In this document: positions 28,400-36,149 of the stretch, in pieces | Layout of the letters: each line of letters begins with the position of its first letter | Numbering within the stretch: the first letter of the stretch is position 1 | NCBI GenBank assembly: GCA_045596985.1 | Contig: JAZODM010000023.1 | Span: 2,684-66,683, forward strand | Reading direction: 5' to 3' | Source: Clostridia bacterium | Lineage (GTDB): Bacteria > Bacillota > Clostridia > UMGS1883 | Length of the DNA: 64,000 nt | Notes under the pieces: generated by a model | The model's database searches: none | Told to the model about the DNA's origin: nothing | What the model saw: only the letters and a program-made list of their open reading frames with translations | Program-made: the position numbers and the translations under genes

Positions 28400-28825
28400 A
28401 TGGCTCAGAAAATCGCAGGTTATATCAAATTACAAATCCCCGCAGGTAAGGCTACTCCGGCTCCTCCGGTAGGTCCGGCTCTCGGTCAGCATGGTGTTAA
28501 CATTGTGCAGTTCACAAAAGAATTTAACGAGAGAACAGCTAAAGACGCAGGTTTAATTATCCCTGTTGTTATTACCGTATATGCGGACAGGTCTTTCAGC
28601 TTCATCACAAAGACACCGCCGGCTGCAGTGCTTATTAAAAAAGCTTGCAAAATCGAAAGCGGTAGTGGTGTTCCGAACAAGACAAAGGTTGCTCAGCTTT
28701 CAAAGGCAGATCTTCAGCAGATCGCAGAGCTTAAAAAGCCCGATCTTAATGCAGCAAGCCTTGAGGCAGCTATGAGCATGATCGCCGGTACAGCAAGAAG
28801 CATGGGCGTAACGGTCGAGGAATAA
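28400..28825 (+). CDS. rplK: 50S ribosomal protein L11
   Basis: [38 protein letters not shown] at 28400 after AAGGAGG. Confidence 0.96.
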   Translation: MAQKIAGYIKLQIPAGKATPAPPVGPALGQHGVNIVQFTKEFNERTAKDAGLIIPVVITVYADRSFSFITKTPPAAVLIKKACKIESGSGVPNKTKVAQLSKADLQQIAELKKPDLNAASLEAAMSMIAGTARSMGVTVEE

Positions 28826-28879
28826 TTAAAGAGAATGTGGGAGGGAGAAAGTCCCGATGAACCACAAGGAGGTAACAGT

Positions 28880-29572
28880 ATGAAACATGGTAAGAAATAT
28901 TTGGCCGGTGCCAATCTTCTTGAAACCGGCAAGCAGTATGACCCTGCAGAAGCTCTTGACCTTGTTGTAAAGACTGCAAGCGCGAAGTTTGACGAAACAA
29001 TCGAATTCCACGCAAAGCTCGGTGTTGACTCCCGTCACGCTGACCAGCAGGTAAGAGGTGCTGTTGTTCTTCCCCACGGTACAGGCAAGAAGGTTAAGGT
29101 TCTTGTTTTTGCAAAGGGCGAAAAGGCAACAGAGGCGCAGAATGCAGGTGCCGATTATGTAGGCGCAGAAGAGCTTGTTGAAAAAATCCAGAAGGAAAAC
29201 TGGCTCGACTTTGATATCGTAGTAGCTACTCCCGATATGATGGGTGTTATAGGTCGTATCGCAAGAATTCTCGGACCTAAGGGCCTCATGCCCAACCCCA
29301 AGGCAGGTACAGTTAGCATGGATGTTGCAAAAGCTGTAGCTGACGTAAAGGCAGGTAAGATTGAGTATCGTCTTGATAAGACAAACATCATTCACTGCCC
29401 CATCGGTAAGGCATCATTTGGTGCACAGAAGCTTCAGGAGAACTTTGATGTTCTTATGGCAGCAATTCTTAAGGCTAAGCCCGCTACAGCAAAGGGTCAG
29501 TATGTAAGAAGCCTTGCAGTAGCAAGCACAATGGGCCCCGGAATAAAAATTAATCCGGCAAAAGTAAACTAA
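28880..29572 (+). CDS. rplA: 50S ribosomal protein L1
   Basis: MKHGKKYL...[13 protein letters not shown]...[17 protein letters not shown] at 28880 after AAGGAGG. Confidence 0.96.
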   Translation: MKHGKKYLAGANLLETGKQYDPAEALDLVVKTASAKFDETIEFHAKLGVDSRHADQQVRGAVVLPHGTGKKVKVLVFAKGEKATEAQNAGADYVGAEELVEKIQKENWLDFDIVVATPDMMGVIGRIARILGPKGLMPNPKAGTVSMDVAKAVADVKAGKIEYRLDKTNIIHCPIGKASFGAQKLQENFDVLMAAILKAKPATAKGQYVRSLAVASTMGPGIKINPAKVN

Positions 29573-29575
29573 CTC

Positions 29576-29604
29576 TTGACAAAGCTTAAAATACGGTGTA
29601 TAAT
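29576..29604 (+). promoter_or_regulatory. consensus sigma-A promoter for rplJL
   Basis: TTGACA (29576-29581), 17 bp, TATAAT (29599-29604). Confidence 0.75.
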
Positions 29605-29736
29605 GACCGTGTTGTTTCCATAGACAGCAGGCATAAAGGTAAGTCCTGCCGAGGAAGTATTCCTATAAAAATTTCGGGATTCTTTGTGTCTATGGGCAAA
29701 GAATCCCTTTTTCATTATTAATTGTGAGGTGAGAAT
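29605..29736 (+). promoter_or_regulatory. rplJ 5' leader (L10-leader-type autoregulatory RNA) with attenuator hairpin
   Basis: A 130-nt leader between the promoter and rplJ. It contains an 11-bp stem GGGATTCTTTG/CAAAGAATCCC (29676-29707) followed by TTTTT. Position matches the known Firmicute L10 leader, but the consensus was not verified. Confidence 0.55.
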
Positions 29737-30393
29737 ATGCCAAGTCAGAAAATTCTCGAAGAGAAGAAGCAAATCGTGTCTTCTATGGCTGAGCAGTTCA
29801 AGACCGCTGTTTCCGGCGTTTTCGTTGATTATTGCGGACTTACTGTTGAGCAGGATACACAGCTTCGTAACAAGCTTCGTGAAGCAGGTGTAGAGTACAA
29901 GGTTATAAAGAATACTCTTACACGTTTTGCAGCGAAGGAAGTTGGCTTTGATGAGCTTGATCCTATCCTTAACGGACCTACATCTCTTGCTCTTAGTATG
30001 ACAGATGAGGTTGCTCCTGCTAAGGTTATTGCAGATTTTGCAAAGGATAACGAGCAGCTTGAAATCAAGGCAGGCTTTTTGGATGGTAAGGTGCTCGCTC
30101 TTGACGAAGTTAAGAAGCTCGCAGCTACACCCAACCGTGAAACTCTTATTGCTAAGATGCTCGGCAGCTTGAACGCTCCTATCAGCAATCTTGCACGTAC
30201 ATTGCAGGCATTGGTTGATAACGGCGTTGAACCCGCTGACATCAAGGTAGAAAAGGCTGAGGAAGCAGCTCCCGCAGAGGATGCAGCTCCTGCAGCAGAG
30301 GAAGCTCCGGTAGCAGTAGAGGAAACTCCTGCAGTAGAGGAAGCTCCCGCAGAGGCCGCTAGCGAAGAAGCAGCAGCTCCCACAGAAGAATAA
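29737..30393 (+). CDS. rplJ: 50S ribosomal protein L10 with ~45-aa Ala/Glu/Pro-rich C-terminal extension
   Basis: MPSQKILEEKKQIV...LIAKMLGSLNAPISNLARTLQAL, then EKAEEAAPAEDAAPAAEEAPVAVEETPAVEEAPAEAASEEAAAPTEE. Confidence 0.93.
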   Translation: MPSQKILEEKKQIVSSMAEQFKTAVSGVFVDYCGLTVEQDTQLRNKLREAGVEYKVIKNTLTRFAAKEVGFDELDPILNGPTSLALSMTDEVAPAKVIADFAKDNEQLEIKAGFLDGKVLALDEVKKLAATPNRETLIAKMLGSLNAPISNLARTLQALVDNGVEPADIKVEKAEEAAPAEDAAPAAEEAPVAVEETPAVEEAPAEAASEEAAAPTEE

Positions 30394-30430
30394 AATATTT
30401 TGAAACTTATTATTTAGGAGGTAAGTAACA

Positions 30431-30805
30431 ATGAGTAAGATTGAATCAATTATTGCTGAAATTAAAGAATTAAAGCTCCTCGAAGTAGCTGAGCTTGTAA
30501 AGGCTATGGAGGAAGAATTTGGTGTAAGCGCAGCAGCTCCCGTTGCTATGGTAGCAGCAGCTGGCGACGCAGGTGCTGCAGCAGGTGCTGAGAAGACAGA
30601 GTTCGACGTAGTTCTTGCAGATGCAGGTGCTGAGAAGATTAAGGTTATCAAGGTTGTTCGTGAGATCACAGGTCTTGGCCTTAAGGAAGCTAAGGAGGCT
30701 GTTGATGGCGCTCCCACAACTCTTAAGGAAGCAATCTCTAAGGATGACGCTGAAAAGATTAAGGCACAGCTTGAAGAAGTTGGCGCAAAGGTTGAACTTA
30801 AGTAA
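30431..30805 (+). CDS. rplL: 50S ribosomal protein L7/L12
   Basis: [26 protein letters not shown]...[27 protein letters not shown]. Confidence 0.96.
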   Translation: MSKIESIIAEIKELKLLEVAELVKAMEEEFGVSAAAPVAMVAAAGDAGAAAGAEKTEFDVVLADAGAEKIKVIKVVREITGLGLKEAKEAVDGAPTTLKEAISKDDAEKIKAQLEEVGAKVELK

Positions 30806-30823
30806 TTTTTGTTTGCCTGGTTG

Positions 30824-30860
30824 CAGAGGTTATGCCCGACGGCATAGCCTCTGTTTTTTT
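30824..30860 (+). terminator. rho-independent terminator after rplL
   Basis: 13-bp stem CAGAGGTTATGCC/GGCATAGCCTCTG (one G:U pair) with loop CGAC, followed by TTTTTTT. Confidence 0.85.
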
Positions 30861-30877
30861 GAATGGAGGGACATATA

Positions 30878-31759
30878 ATGTCTGATTATATAGTTAACGC
30901 AATCACATCAAATGGCGCAATACGTGTCGTTGCTGCAGATACTACAGAGCTTTGTAACCGTGCCCAGAAAATCCATAAGCTTTCACCTACGGCGGCGGCA
31001 GCTCTGGGCAGAACACTCACTGCGGCTGCAATTATGGGCAGTATGCTTAAAAGCAGTGAGGATGCAATTACAATCCAGCTTTGCGGTAATGGCCCTATAG
31101 GCAGAGTGATTGCAGTTGGTGACGGAAGTGCCAATGTAAAGGGCTATGTGGATAATCCCCTTGTTGATTTGCCCCTTAATTCAAAGGGAAAGCTTGATGT
31201 GGGCGGTGCAGTAGGTACAGACGGTATGCTCAGCATCATTCGTGATTTAGGGTTAAAAGAGCCTTATGTCGGTCAGGTGCCTCTTGTAAACGGTGAGGTT
31301 GCAGAGGATTTGACGCAGTACTATGCAACGAGTGAGCAGCTTCCCACCGCAGTGGCGCTCGGTGTGCTTGTTGATGTGGATTACTCAATAAAGGCAGCAG
31401 GCGGTTTTATCCTGCAGGTTCTCCCCGGTGCATATGATGAGGATATTGATAATGTTGAAAAAACAGTTGCGACAATTTCCTCTGTAACGGAAATGCTTGA
31501 CAGCGGTAAAAGACCTGAGGATATTGTAGAGCAGCTCTTAAAGGATTATGAAATAGAGTATTTTGAAAATATGCCCACGCAGTATAAGTGCGACTGCTCA
31601 CGCGAGAGGACAGACCGTGCGCTTATCAGTATTGGCAAGGAAGAGCTTGGAAAGCTTATAAACGAGGATGGCAAGGCGGAAATTACCTGCCACTTCTGCG
31701 ATAATGTATATAATTATACAAAAGAGGATTTGGAGGCACTTTTGGAAAGTGCAAAATAA
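30878..31759 (+). CDS. hslO: redox-regulated chaperone Hsp33
   Basis: C-terminal zinc centre CDCSRER...CHFCDNVY. ATG at 30878 after GGAGGG. Confidence 0.92.
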   Translation: MSDYIVNAITSNGAIRVVAADTTELCNRAQKIHKLSPTAAAALGRTLTAAAIMGSMLKSSEDAITIQLCGNGPIGRVIAVGDGSANVKGYVDNPLVDLPLNSKGKLDVGGAVGTDGMLSIIRDLGLKEPYVGQVPLVNGEVAEDLTQYYATSEQLPTAVALGVLVDVDYSIKAAGGFILQVLPGAYDEDIDNVEKTVATISSVTEMLDSGKRPEDIVEQLLKDYEIEYFENMPTQYKCDCSRERTDRALISIGKEELGKLINEDGKAEITCHFCDNVYNYTKEDLEALLESAK

Positions 31760-31772
31760 AAAATAGAATTTT

Positions 31773-31804
31773 AAAAGGTCGTAGCGTTTTTGCTACGACC
31801 TTTT
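31773..31804. terminator. bidirectional terminator between hslO and the RAYT-like gene
   Basis: AAAA-GGTCGTAGC-loop-GCTACGACC-TTTT. The RAYT-like stop codon (31793-31795) lies inside the right arm. Confidence 0.7.
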
Positions 31805-32317
31805 ATCATCATAAAAACAATCTTCTTTCCATTTTAAATGGTTTGTGTCAATGTATTGCCAAATTTTTTGGTAATCATTTTCATTTCTTATTATGTGGTC
31901 GTGAAATGAAGATTGAAATAAGCAGTGCCCAGCAAACCCCAGTTTTTTGCAGTAACGTGTTGTTAATGATTTATATGAACAAATTATATCTGATAATGTA
32001 GGGCAGGGGCTTGCTCCTGCCGTTTCGTTTTGAATAACAAAAATAATATGTATGTGATTAGGCATTATAATGTATTTGTCAATTTTAAGATGATTATATC
32101 TGCTTGGAAGTATAAGCAACTGTTCCTCTGCAATCTTGCCATATGCTGAAAGATTGTTTTCGGCAGGAGCAAGCCCCTGCCCTACGATAGATGTAATTTT
32201 CGAGAGAATTTCTTTTCTGTCTTTTGTGCAAATGGTTACAAAATACGCACCGTTTTGACTATAATCATAATTCTTTAATCGGGTAGGTTTACGCTTGGGT
32301 AATTCCATAACAATCAT
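31793..32317 (-). CDS. IS200/IS605-family HUH (Y1) transposase-like protein, RAYT/COG1943 type, solo copy
   Basis: KNYDYSQNGAYFVTICTKDR N-terminal block, HUH motif MPNHIHIIF, and C-terminal FHDHIIRNENDYQKIWQYIDTNHLKW with the catalytic-Tyr helix. No accessory tnpB and no flanking IS ends were seen. Confidence 0.78.
   Translation of the reverse strand: MIVMELPKRKPTRLKNYDYSQNGAYFVTICTKDRKEILSKITSIVGQGLAPAENNLSAYGKIAEEQLLILPSRYNHLKIDKYIIMPNHIHIIFVIQNETAGASPCPTLSDIICSYKSLTTRYCKKLGFAGHCLFQSSFHDHIIRNENDYQKIWQYIDTNHLKWKEDCFYDDKRS
31998..32185. repeat. perfect 25-bp inverted repeat inside the RAYT-like CDS (arms 31998-32022 and 32161-32185, 138-bp spacer)
   Basis: GTAGGGCAGGGGCTTGCTCCTGCCG and its exact reverse complement CGGCAGGAGCAAGCCCCTGCCCTAC. 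Each arm is itself a hairpin (GGCAGG...CCTGCC) headed by GTAG. Confidence 0.95.
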
Positions 32318-32331
32318 ACCTTTTGTGCTAC

Positions 32332-32550
32332 TTATTTTCTATCTTTGCAATCTGTTTCGCCTAAAATATAATCGCAGCTAACATTATAAAATCTTGAAAG
32401 TGCAATTATATGGTGTACAGGAATTTCATTAGTCCCATTTTCATATCGTGAATACACCTGTTGTGTAGTTTTTAAAAATGCAGCAACATCTGATTGCTTA
32501 AGGTCATTATCTTCTCTGAGACTTTTTATTCTTTGCGTATATGTTTGCAT
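32332..32550 (-). CDS. XRE-family helix-turn-helix transcriptional regulator (72 aa)
   Basis: MQTYTQRIKSLREDNDLKQSDVAAFLKTTQQVYSRYENGTNEIPVHHIIALSRFYNVSCDYILG. ATG at 32550 after GAGGTGG. Ends 14 nt before the RAYT-like start, so the two are probably co-transcribed. Confidence 0.82.
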   Translation of the reverse strand: MQTYTQRIKSLREDNDLKQSDVAAFLKTTQQVYSRYENGTNEIPVHHIIALSRFYNVSCDYILGETDCKDRK

Positions 32551-32572
32551 ATTACCACCTCGAATAAAGTGT

Positions 32573-32622
32573 ATCATAGAATTTAATAAAATGTTGACAA
32601 TACACCTAATGTGGTGTATAAT
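32573..32622. promoter_or_regulatory. back-to-back overlapping promoters with an inverted-repeat operator
   Basis: Plus strand: TTGACA (32594-32599), 17 bp, TATAAT (32617-32622). Minus strand: TTGTCA (32600-32595), 16 bp, TATGAT (32578-32573), driving the XRE gene. The spacer contains ATACACC-N6-GGTGTAT (32600-32619). Confidence 0.6.
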
Positions 32623-32660
32623 GAATGTGGGGCATACGAAATTGTTGCGACACAAACAAA

Positions 32661-32699
32661 AACAAACGGAGCTTAAACATTGTTTAAACTCCGTTTGTT
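32661..32699. terminator. bidirectional terminator (recR on minus; short plus-strand transcript)
   Basis: About 18-bp stem AACAAACGGAGCTTAAACA/TGTTTAAACTCCGTTTGTT (one mismatch), flanked by A-rich and T-rich tracts. Confidence 0.65.
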
Positions 32700-32746
32700 T
32701 TATATTAATCTAAAAATCTCGTTCGCAAAGCGAACATATATAATTG

Positions 32747-32793
32747 GTCAAAAACGGGGGCGTGTACCTCGTTTTTGACACCTTGCAAGGGCA
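32747..32793 (+). repeat. family B repeat, copy 2 (truncated: B1 plus the start of B2)
   Basis: GTCAAAAACG-GGGGCGTGTACCT-CGTTTTTGAC (32747-32779), then ACCTTGCAAGGGC. It ends 8 nt before the recR stop codon (32802-32804). Confidence 0.85.
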
Positions 32794-32801
32794 TTGCCAT
32801 C

Positions 32802-33392
32802 CTATATCTCCCGTCTGCCTTCCATTGCCCTTGCCAGCGTTACCTCGTCGGCAAATTCAATGTCACCGCCCACAGGTATTCCGTGTGCAATACGTGTGAC
32901 GGTAATGCCCATTCCTTTAAGAAGGCGTGCTATGTACATAGCAGTAGCCTCTCCCTCGACGGTGGGGTTTGTCGCCATAATAACCTCTGTCACCTCGGGT
33001 GTAAGACGTGATATAAGCTCCTTTATTTTAATATCATCAGGACCTATACCGTCCATCGGGGAAATAGCCCCGTGCAGTACGTGATAAAGTCCGTTGTATT
33101 CCTTTGTTTTTTCCAGTGCAGTAACATCCTTGGGACTTTCCATTACGCAAATTGTACTTCTGTCACGCTTTGTGGATGCACATACATCGCAAAGCGGCTT
33201 GTCCGTAAGGTTCTGACACTTTGCGCAAAGATGCACGTTTGTCTTTGCCTTGTTAATTGCGCCTATAAATTTATCCACCTTTGCCTCAGGCATATTCATC
33301 ACGTGGAAGGCAAGCCTGACCGCACTTTTATGACCAATGCCGGGCAGCTTTTCAAATTCGTTTATAAGCTCCTCCAAAGAAACGGGATACAT
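32802..33392 (-). CDS. recR: recombination protein RecR
   Basis: Hh[11 protein letters not shown]4 zinc finger [16 protein letters not shown] and a Toprim domain. 196 aa. Confidence 0.95.
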   Translation of the reverse strand: MYPVSLEELINEFEKLPGIGHKSAVRLAFHVMNMPEAKVDKFIGAINKAKTNVHLCAKCQNLTDKPLCDVCASTKRDRSTICVMESPKDVTALEKTKEYNGLYHVLHGAISPMDGIGPDDIKIKELISRLTPEVTEVIMATNPTVEGEATAMYIARLLKGMGITVTRIAHGIPVGGDIEFADEVTLARAMEGRREI

Positions 33393-33425
33393 AGAATCAA
33401 CTCCTGCAAACGCTCCCTTATATCA

Positions 33426-33708
33426 GGGGGATTATTAAGGGGTACTCCCCTTAATGTATAAATCTGTCAAAAACGGGGGCGTGTACCTCGTTTTTGACAA
33501 ACAGTAATTTTAGCTGAAAAGATAGCAGCGATAGCGAAATCTTTTCAGAGAGGAAAAACAAAGGTTGTGAATTGAGCTATTGAGCGAAATGAAACCGACC
33601 TTTGTTTTGACGACGGCACGGTGAGTGCCGCGCGAGCGAAAGCCCGTATCTCGAAAGAGAATGTTTTGCTTGCAAAACTTCTTTTTCGAAAGGCTGACCT
33701 TGTCAGCC
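33426..33708 (+). repeat. family B repeat, copy 3 (expanded: B0, B1, two extra hairpin modules, B2', B3, B4)
   Basis: B0 is at 33434-33455. B1 is TGTCAAAAACG-GGGGCGTGTACCT-CGTTTTTGACA (33465-33499). The extra hairpins are CTGAAAAGAT/ATCTTTTCAG (33514-33548) and AAAACAAAGGT/ACCTTTGTTTT (33555-33608). B2' includes GGCAC-GGTGA-GTGCC. B3 spans 33649-33692. B4 is GGCTGAC-CTT-GTCAGCC (33692-33708). Confidence 0.9.
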
Positions 33709-33709
33709 G

Positions 33710-34063
33710 TCAAAACAAACCGGGGATGCCCATACCGCCGGTAATATTTTTAAGACTGCCTGCAGCCGCCTCGTCAGCTTTTCTGAGTGCTTCGTTAACT
33801 GCAGAAAGAATCATATCCTCCAGCATTTCAACATCATCAGGGTCTACCGCATCGGGAGATATTTTAAGCTCAATAAGCTCCTTTTTGCCGTTAATTTTTA
33901 CATTAACTGCACCGCCGCCAACTGACGTTTCAATAATCTGCTCGGAAAGCGCCTCCTGCGCCTTGAGCATTTCCTCCTGCATTTTCTGTGCCTGCTTAAT
34001 CATATTGTTCATATTTCCCATACCGCCCATGCCCATATTGCGTGGGAATCCGCCTTTAGCCAT
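33710..34063 (-). CDS. ybaB: YbaB/EbfC nucleoid-associated protein
   Basis: 117 aa. [19 protein letters not shown]...[20 protein letters not shown]. Canonical dnaX-ybaB-recR order. Confidence 0.92.
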   Translation of the reverse strand: MAKGGFPRNMGMGGMGNMNNMIKQAQKMQEEMLKAQEALSEQIIETSVGGGAVNVKINGKKELIELKISPDAVDPDDVEMLEDMILSAVNEALRKADEAAAGSLKNITGGMGIPGLF

Positions 34064-34081
34064 TTTAAAACATCCTTTCGT

Positions 34082-35665
34082 TTATTCTGTAGTAGTTATT
34101 GGAAGGTTTATAATATCCTCCAGGGGGTCGTGCTTATCTTCCTTTTTTACATTTGTGAAAAAATCCCCCTCGAGCCTTGTCACAGCGTTCGCATCAAGTC
34201 CCGTATGCGCCTTTACCGATGCGTTTATATCGCCAAGACCGCCCTTCACCATATCCTGCATCTCTATTCCGCCATTGTCGGGGAAAACAAGGGCGAGTTT
34301 TCCGTTTTCTTCATAAAGCATAACATTTTCAAGTGCCGCAAAGAGCATAATACTGCTTGATAAATCGTTCATTATTTCGGGCCATGCACTCTTTATCTTG
34401 TCAAGAAACTCACTGTCAGGGAGATCTGGTCGTACATCTTCCTTTGCAGTCTCCTTTTTGGGAGCTTTTTCCTTTGACGGTGCAGCTGCCTTTTTCCCTG
34501 AAACCTCGGGGGCGGTAATACTGCCGCTCTCAAGCCTTCTTTCAAGCTCCGCAATACGTGACATAAGTGCATCAGGTGAGCCGTCATTTCCCTTTATACA
34601 CAGCTTTATGAGTGCCGCCTCATAAACGACACGTGGGTTTGTCATAAAGCGCGCCGTGGAAACCGCCTCCGAAAGGGTCTTTATCGCGTACAGAAGCTTT
34701 TCGGTTGAGTAGCTTTGCGCACTTCTTAAAAGCTCATTATATTCGTTTTCATCAAAATCGCTTTTACATTTTCCCGAAACGGATATAATAAGCATATCGC
34801 GCAGTGCGCGGATAAGCGTTTCTATAAACGGGGAAAGGTTTTTACCTCTTGAACACACATCGTCAATCGTGTCTACAACGCCCTGCGTATCACACTGACC
34901 AAGAGCGCGGCAAAGCTCCAACACAGCATCGTTTTCAGCCCTGCCCAGAAAATCTGCCACAAATTCTGTATCAACCTCTTTACCTGCTGCGATACACGGG
35001 TCAAGGCAGCTAAGTGCATCGCGAAGTGAGCCGTCAGCGTGCAGCGCAATCATCCGCAGTGCCTTTTCCTCTGCCATAATACCCTCAGCATTGCAGATGT
35101 AGTCGAGTCTGTCATATATATCATCGGGTGTTATTCTCTTAAAATCAAAGCGCTGACACCTGGAGGAAATCGTTTCAAGCACCTTGTTCGCCTCTGTAGT
35201 TGCAAGGACAAATTTAACGTGTGAAGGCGGCTCCTCCAAAAGCTTTAAAAGAGCATTAAACGCATCGTTACTGAGCGCGTGCACCTCGTCAATAATATAA
35301 ACCTTATACTTTGTAACGGCTGCAGTATAGCTTGCCTCCTCGCGAAGGGTGCGGATATTGTCAACACCACGGTTACTCGCAGCATCGATTTCTATAATGT
35401 CCATTATACTGCCGTTTTCAATCCCTGTGCAGGTAGCACATTTGTTACAGGGGTTTCCCTGAACTGGATTTTCACAGTTTACAGCCTTACTGAGTATTCG
35501 TGCGGTGGAGGTTTTACCCGTTCCACGGCTGCCGCAGAACAAAAATGCATGTCCGCAGGCGTTATTCTTTATTTCGTTTTTAATAGTTTGCGTGACGTGC
35601 TGCTGACCGACAACATCATCAAAGGTTTTCGGTCGCCATTTTCTGTAAAGAGCCTGATACTCCAT
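34082..35665 (-). CDS. dnaX: DNA polymerase III subunit gamma/tau
   Basis: MEYQALYRKWRPKTFDDVVGQ, Walker A GSRGTGKTS, DEVH. The internal ATG at 35665 is used because the track's 77-codon extension reads through the SRP RNA gene. Confidence 0.92.
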   Translation of the reverse strand: MEYQALYRKWRPKTFDDVVGQQHVTQTIKNEIKNNACGHAFLFCGSRGTGKTSTARILSKAVNCENPVQGNPCNKCATCTGIENGSIMDIIEIDAASNRGVDNIRTLREEASYTAAVTKYKVYIIDEVHALSNDAFNALLKLLEEPPSHVKFVLATTEANKVLETISSRCQRFDFKRITPDDIYDRLDYICNAEGIMAEEKALRMIALHADGSLRDALSCLDPCIAAGKEVDTEFVADFLGRAENDAVLELCRALGQCDTQGVVDTIDDVCSRGKNLSPFIETLIRALRDMLIISVSGKCKSDFDENEYNELLRSAQSYSTEKLLYAIKTLSEAVSTARFMTNPRVVYEAALIKLCIKGNDGSPDALMSRIAELERRLESGSITAPEVSGKKAAAPSKEKAPKKETAKEDVRPDLPDSEFLDKIKSAWPEIMNDLSSSIMLFAALENVMLYEENGKLALVFPDNGGIEMQDMVKGGLGDINASVKAHTGLDANAVTRLEGDFFTNVKKEDKHDPLEDIINLPITTTE

Positions 35666-35694
35666 GTGCTTACCCCCTTTTTTTATGTAATATA

Positions 35695-35716
35695 GAAAAA
35701 ACCGCCAAAGGCGGTC
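35695..35716 (-). terminator. terminator following the SRP RNA
   Basis: Minus strand reads ACCGCC-TTT-GGCGGT followed by TTTTTTT. Confidence 0.6.
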
Positions 35717-35730
35717 TATAAGACATTTTA

Positions 35731-36000
35731 TTGTTGTACACCCCGAAATCGACACGATTTTATATGCGGAAATCATACAGTTAGCTCTGGTCAGGCACCC
35801 TCGCGGCACATCCCGGGAAATGCTTATCGCTGCTCGGTTCCCCGCCTGACGAGGTTCACACTCCGACATTGCGCGAGACCCGACCGTCAACACCACTTAT
35901 ATGCTCCTGCCATACAAAAAAATGCCTCAATCGGGGACATAACCTCCGCTATAGCGGATTGCGGATACAGGGCACCGCTACCTCCCCGGCCGGTACAACA
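35731..36000 (-). ncRNA. ffs: signal recognition particle RNA, long (Bacillus/Clostridium) type, ~270 nt
   Basis: Helix-8 motifs on the minus strand, GTCAGGCGGGGAACCGAGCAGC and CCGGGATGT, compare with E. coli GUCAGGUCCGGAAGGAAGCAGC and CCGGGAUGU. The 5' UUGUUGUAC pairs with the 3' GUACAACAA. An upstream promoter reads TTGATA-17-TATACT (-10 at 36011-36006). It sits in the conserved position upstream of dnaX. Confidence 0.85.
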
Positions 36001-36149
36001 AATAGAGTATAACACGAAAACACGATTTTATCAATAGTTTTTGTTATCCAATAATGTATTTTTTTCTAATATTTATGAAATTTTTGATAAAAAAAAGGAA
36101 TTTTGAAATGAGTGTCGAAAAATAATTATAGTAAAGAGAGGGTTGTGAA

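Noticed and set aside
29569-30717. 382-aa minus-strand ORF covering rplJ-rplL
   Set aside because: It is an antisense shadow of two highly conserved ribosomal genes. It is a low-complexity Ala/Ser/Cys-rich product with no RBS. The sense-strand genes are unambiguous.
31998-32185. The RAYT internal inverted repeat as a proven invertible (phase-variable) switch
   Set aside because: No site-specific recombinase gene is nearby and only one orientation is visible in a single assembly. I keep it as a hypothesis within the finding, not as a call.
32621-32713. 30-aa ORF (MNVGHTKLLRHKQKQTELKHCLNSVCFILI) downstream of the divergent promoter, as a possible type I toxin
   Set aside because: Its ATG lies inside the -10 hexamer, so it would not be on the transcript. 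It has no RBS, and the frame runs through the terminator hairpin.
34082-35896. N-terminally extended ORF-track models (dnaX to 35896, remA to 19424, gmk to 19141, rpe to 7564, MTHFS to 6939, polA to 54309, spoIIIAE from 2759 and others)
   Set aside because: The extensions read through an RNA gene, repeats or the upstream gene. Internal ATGs with good RBS give N-termini matching the known families.
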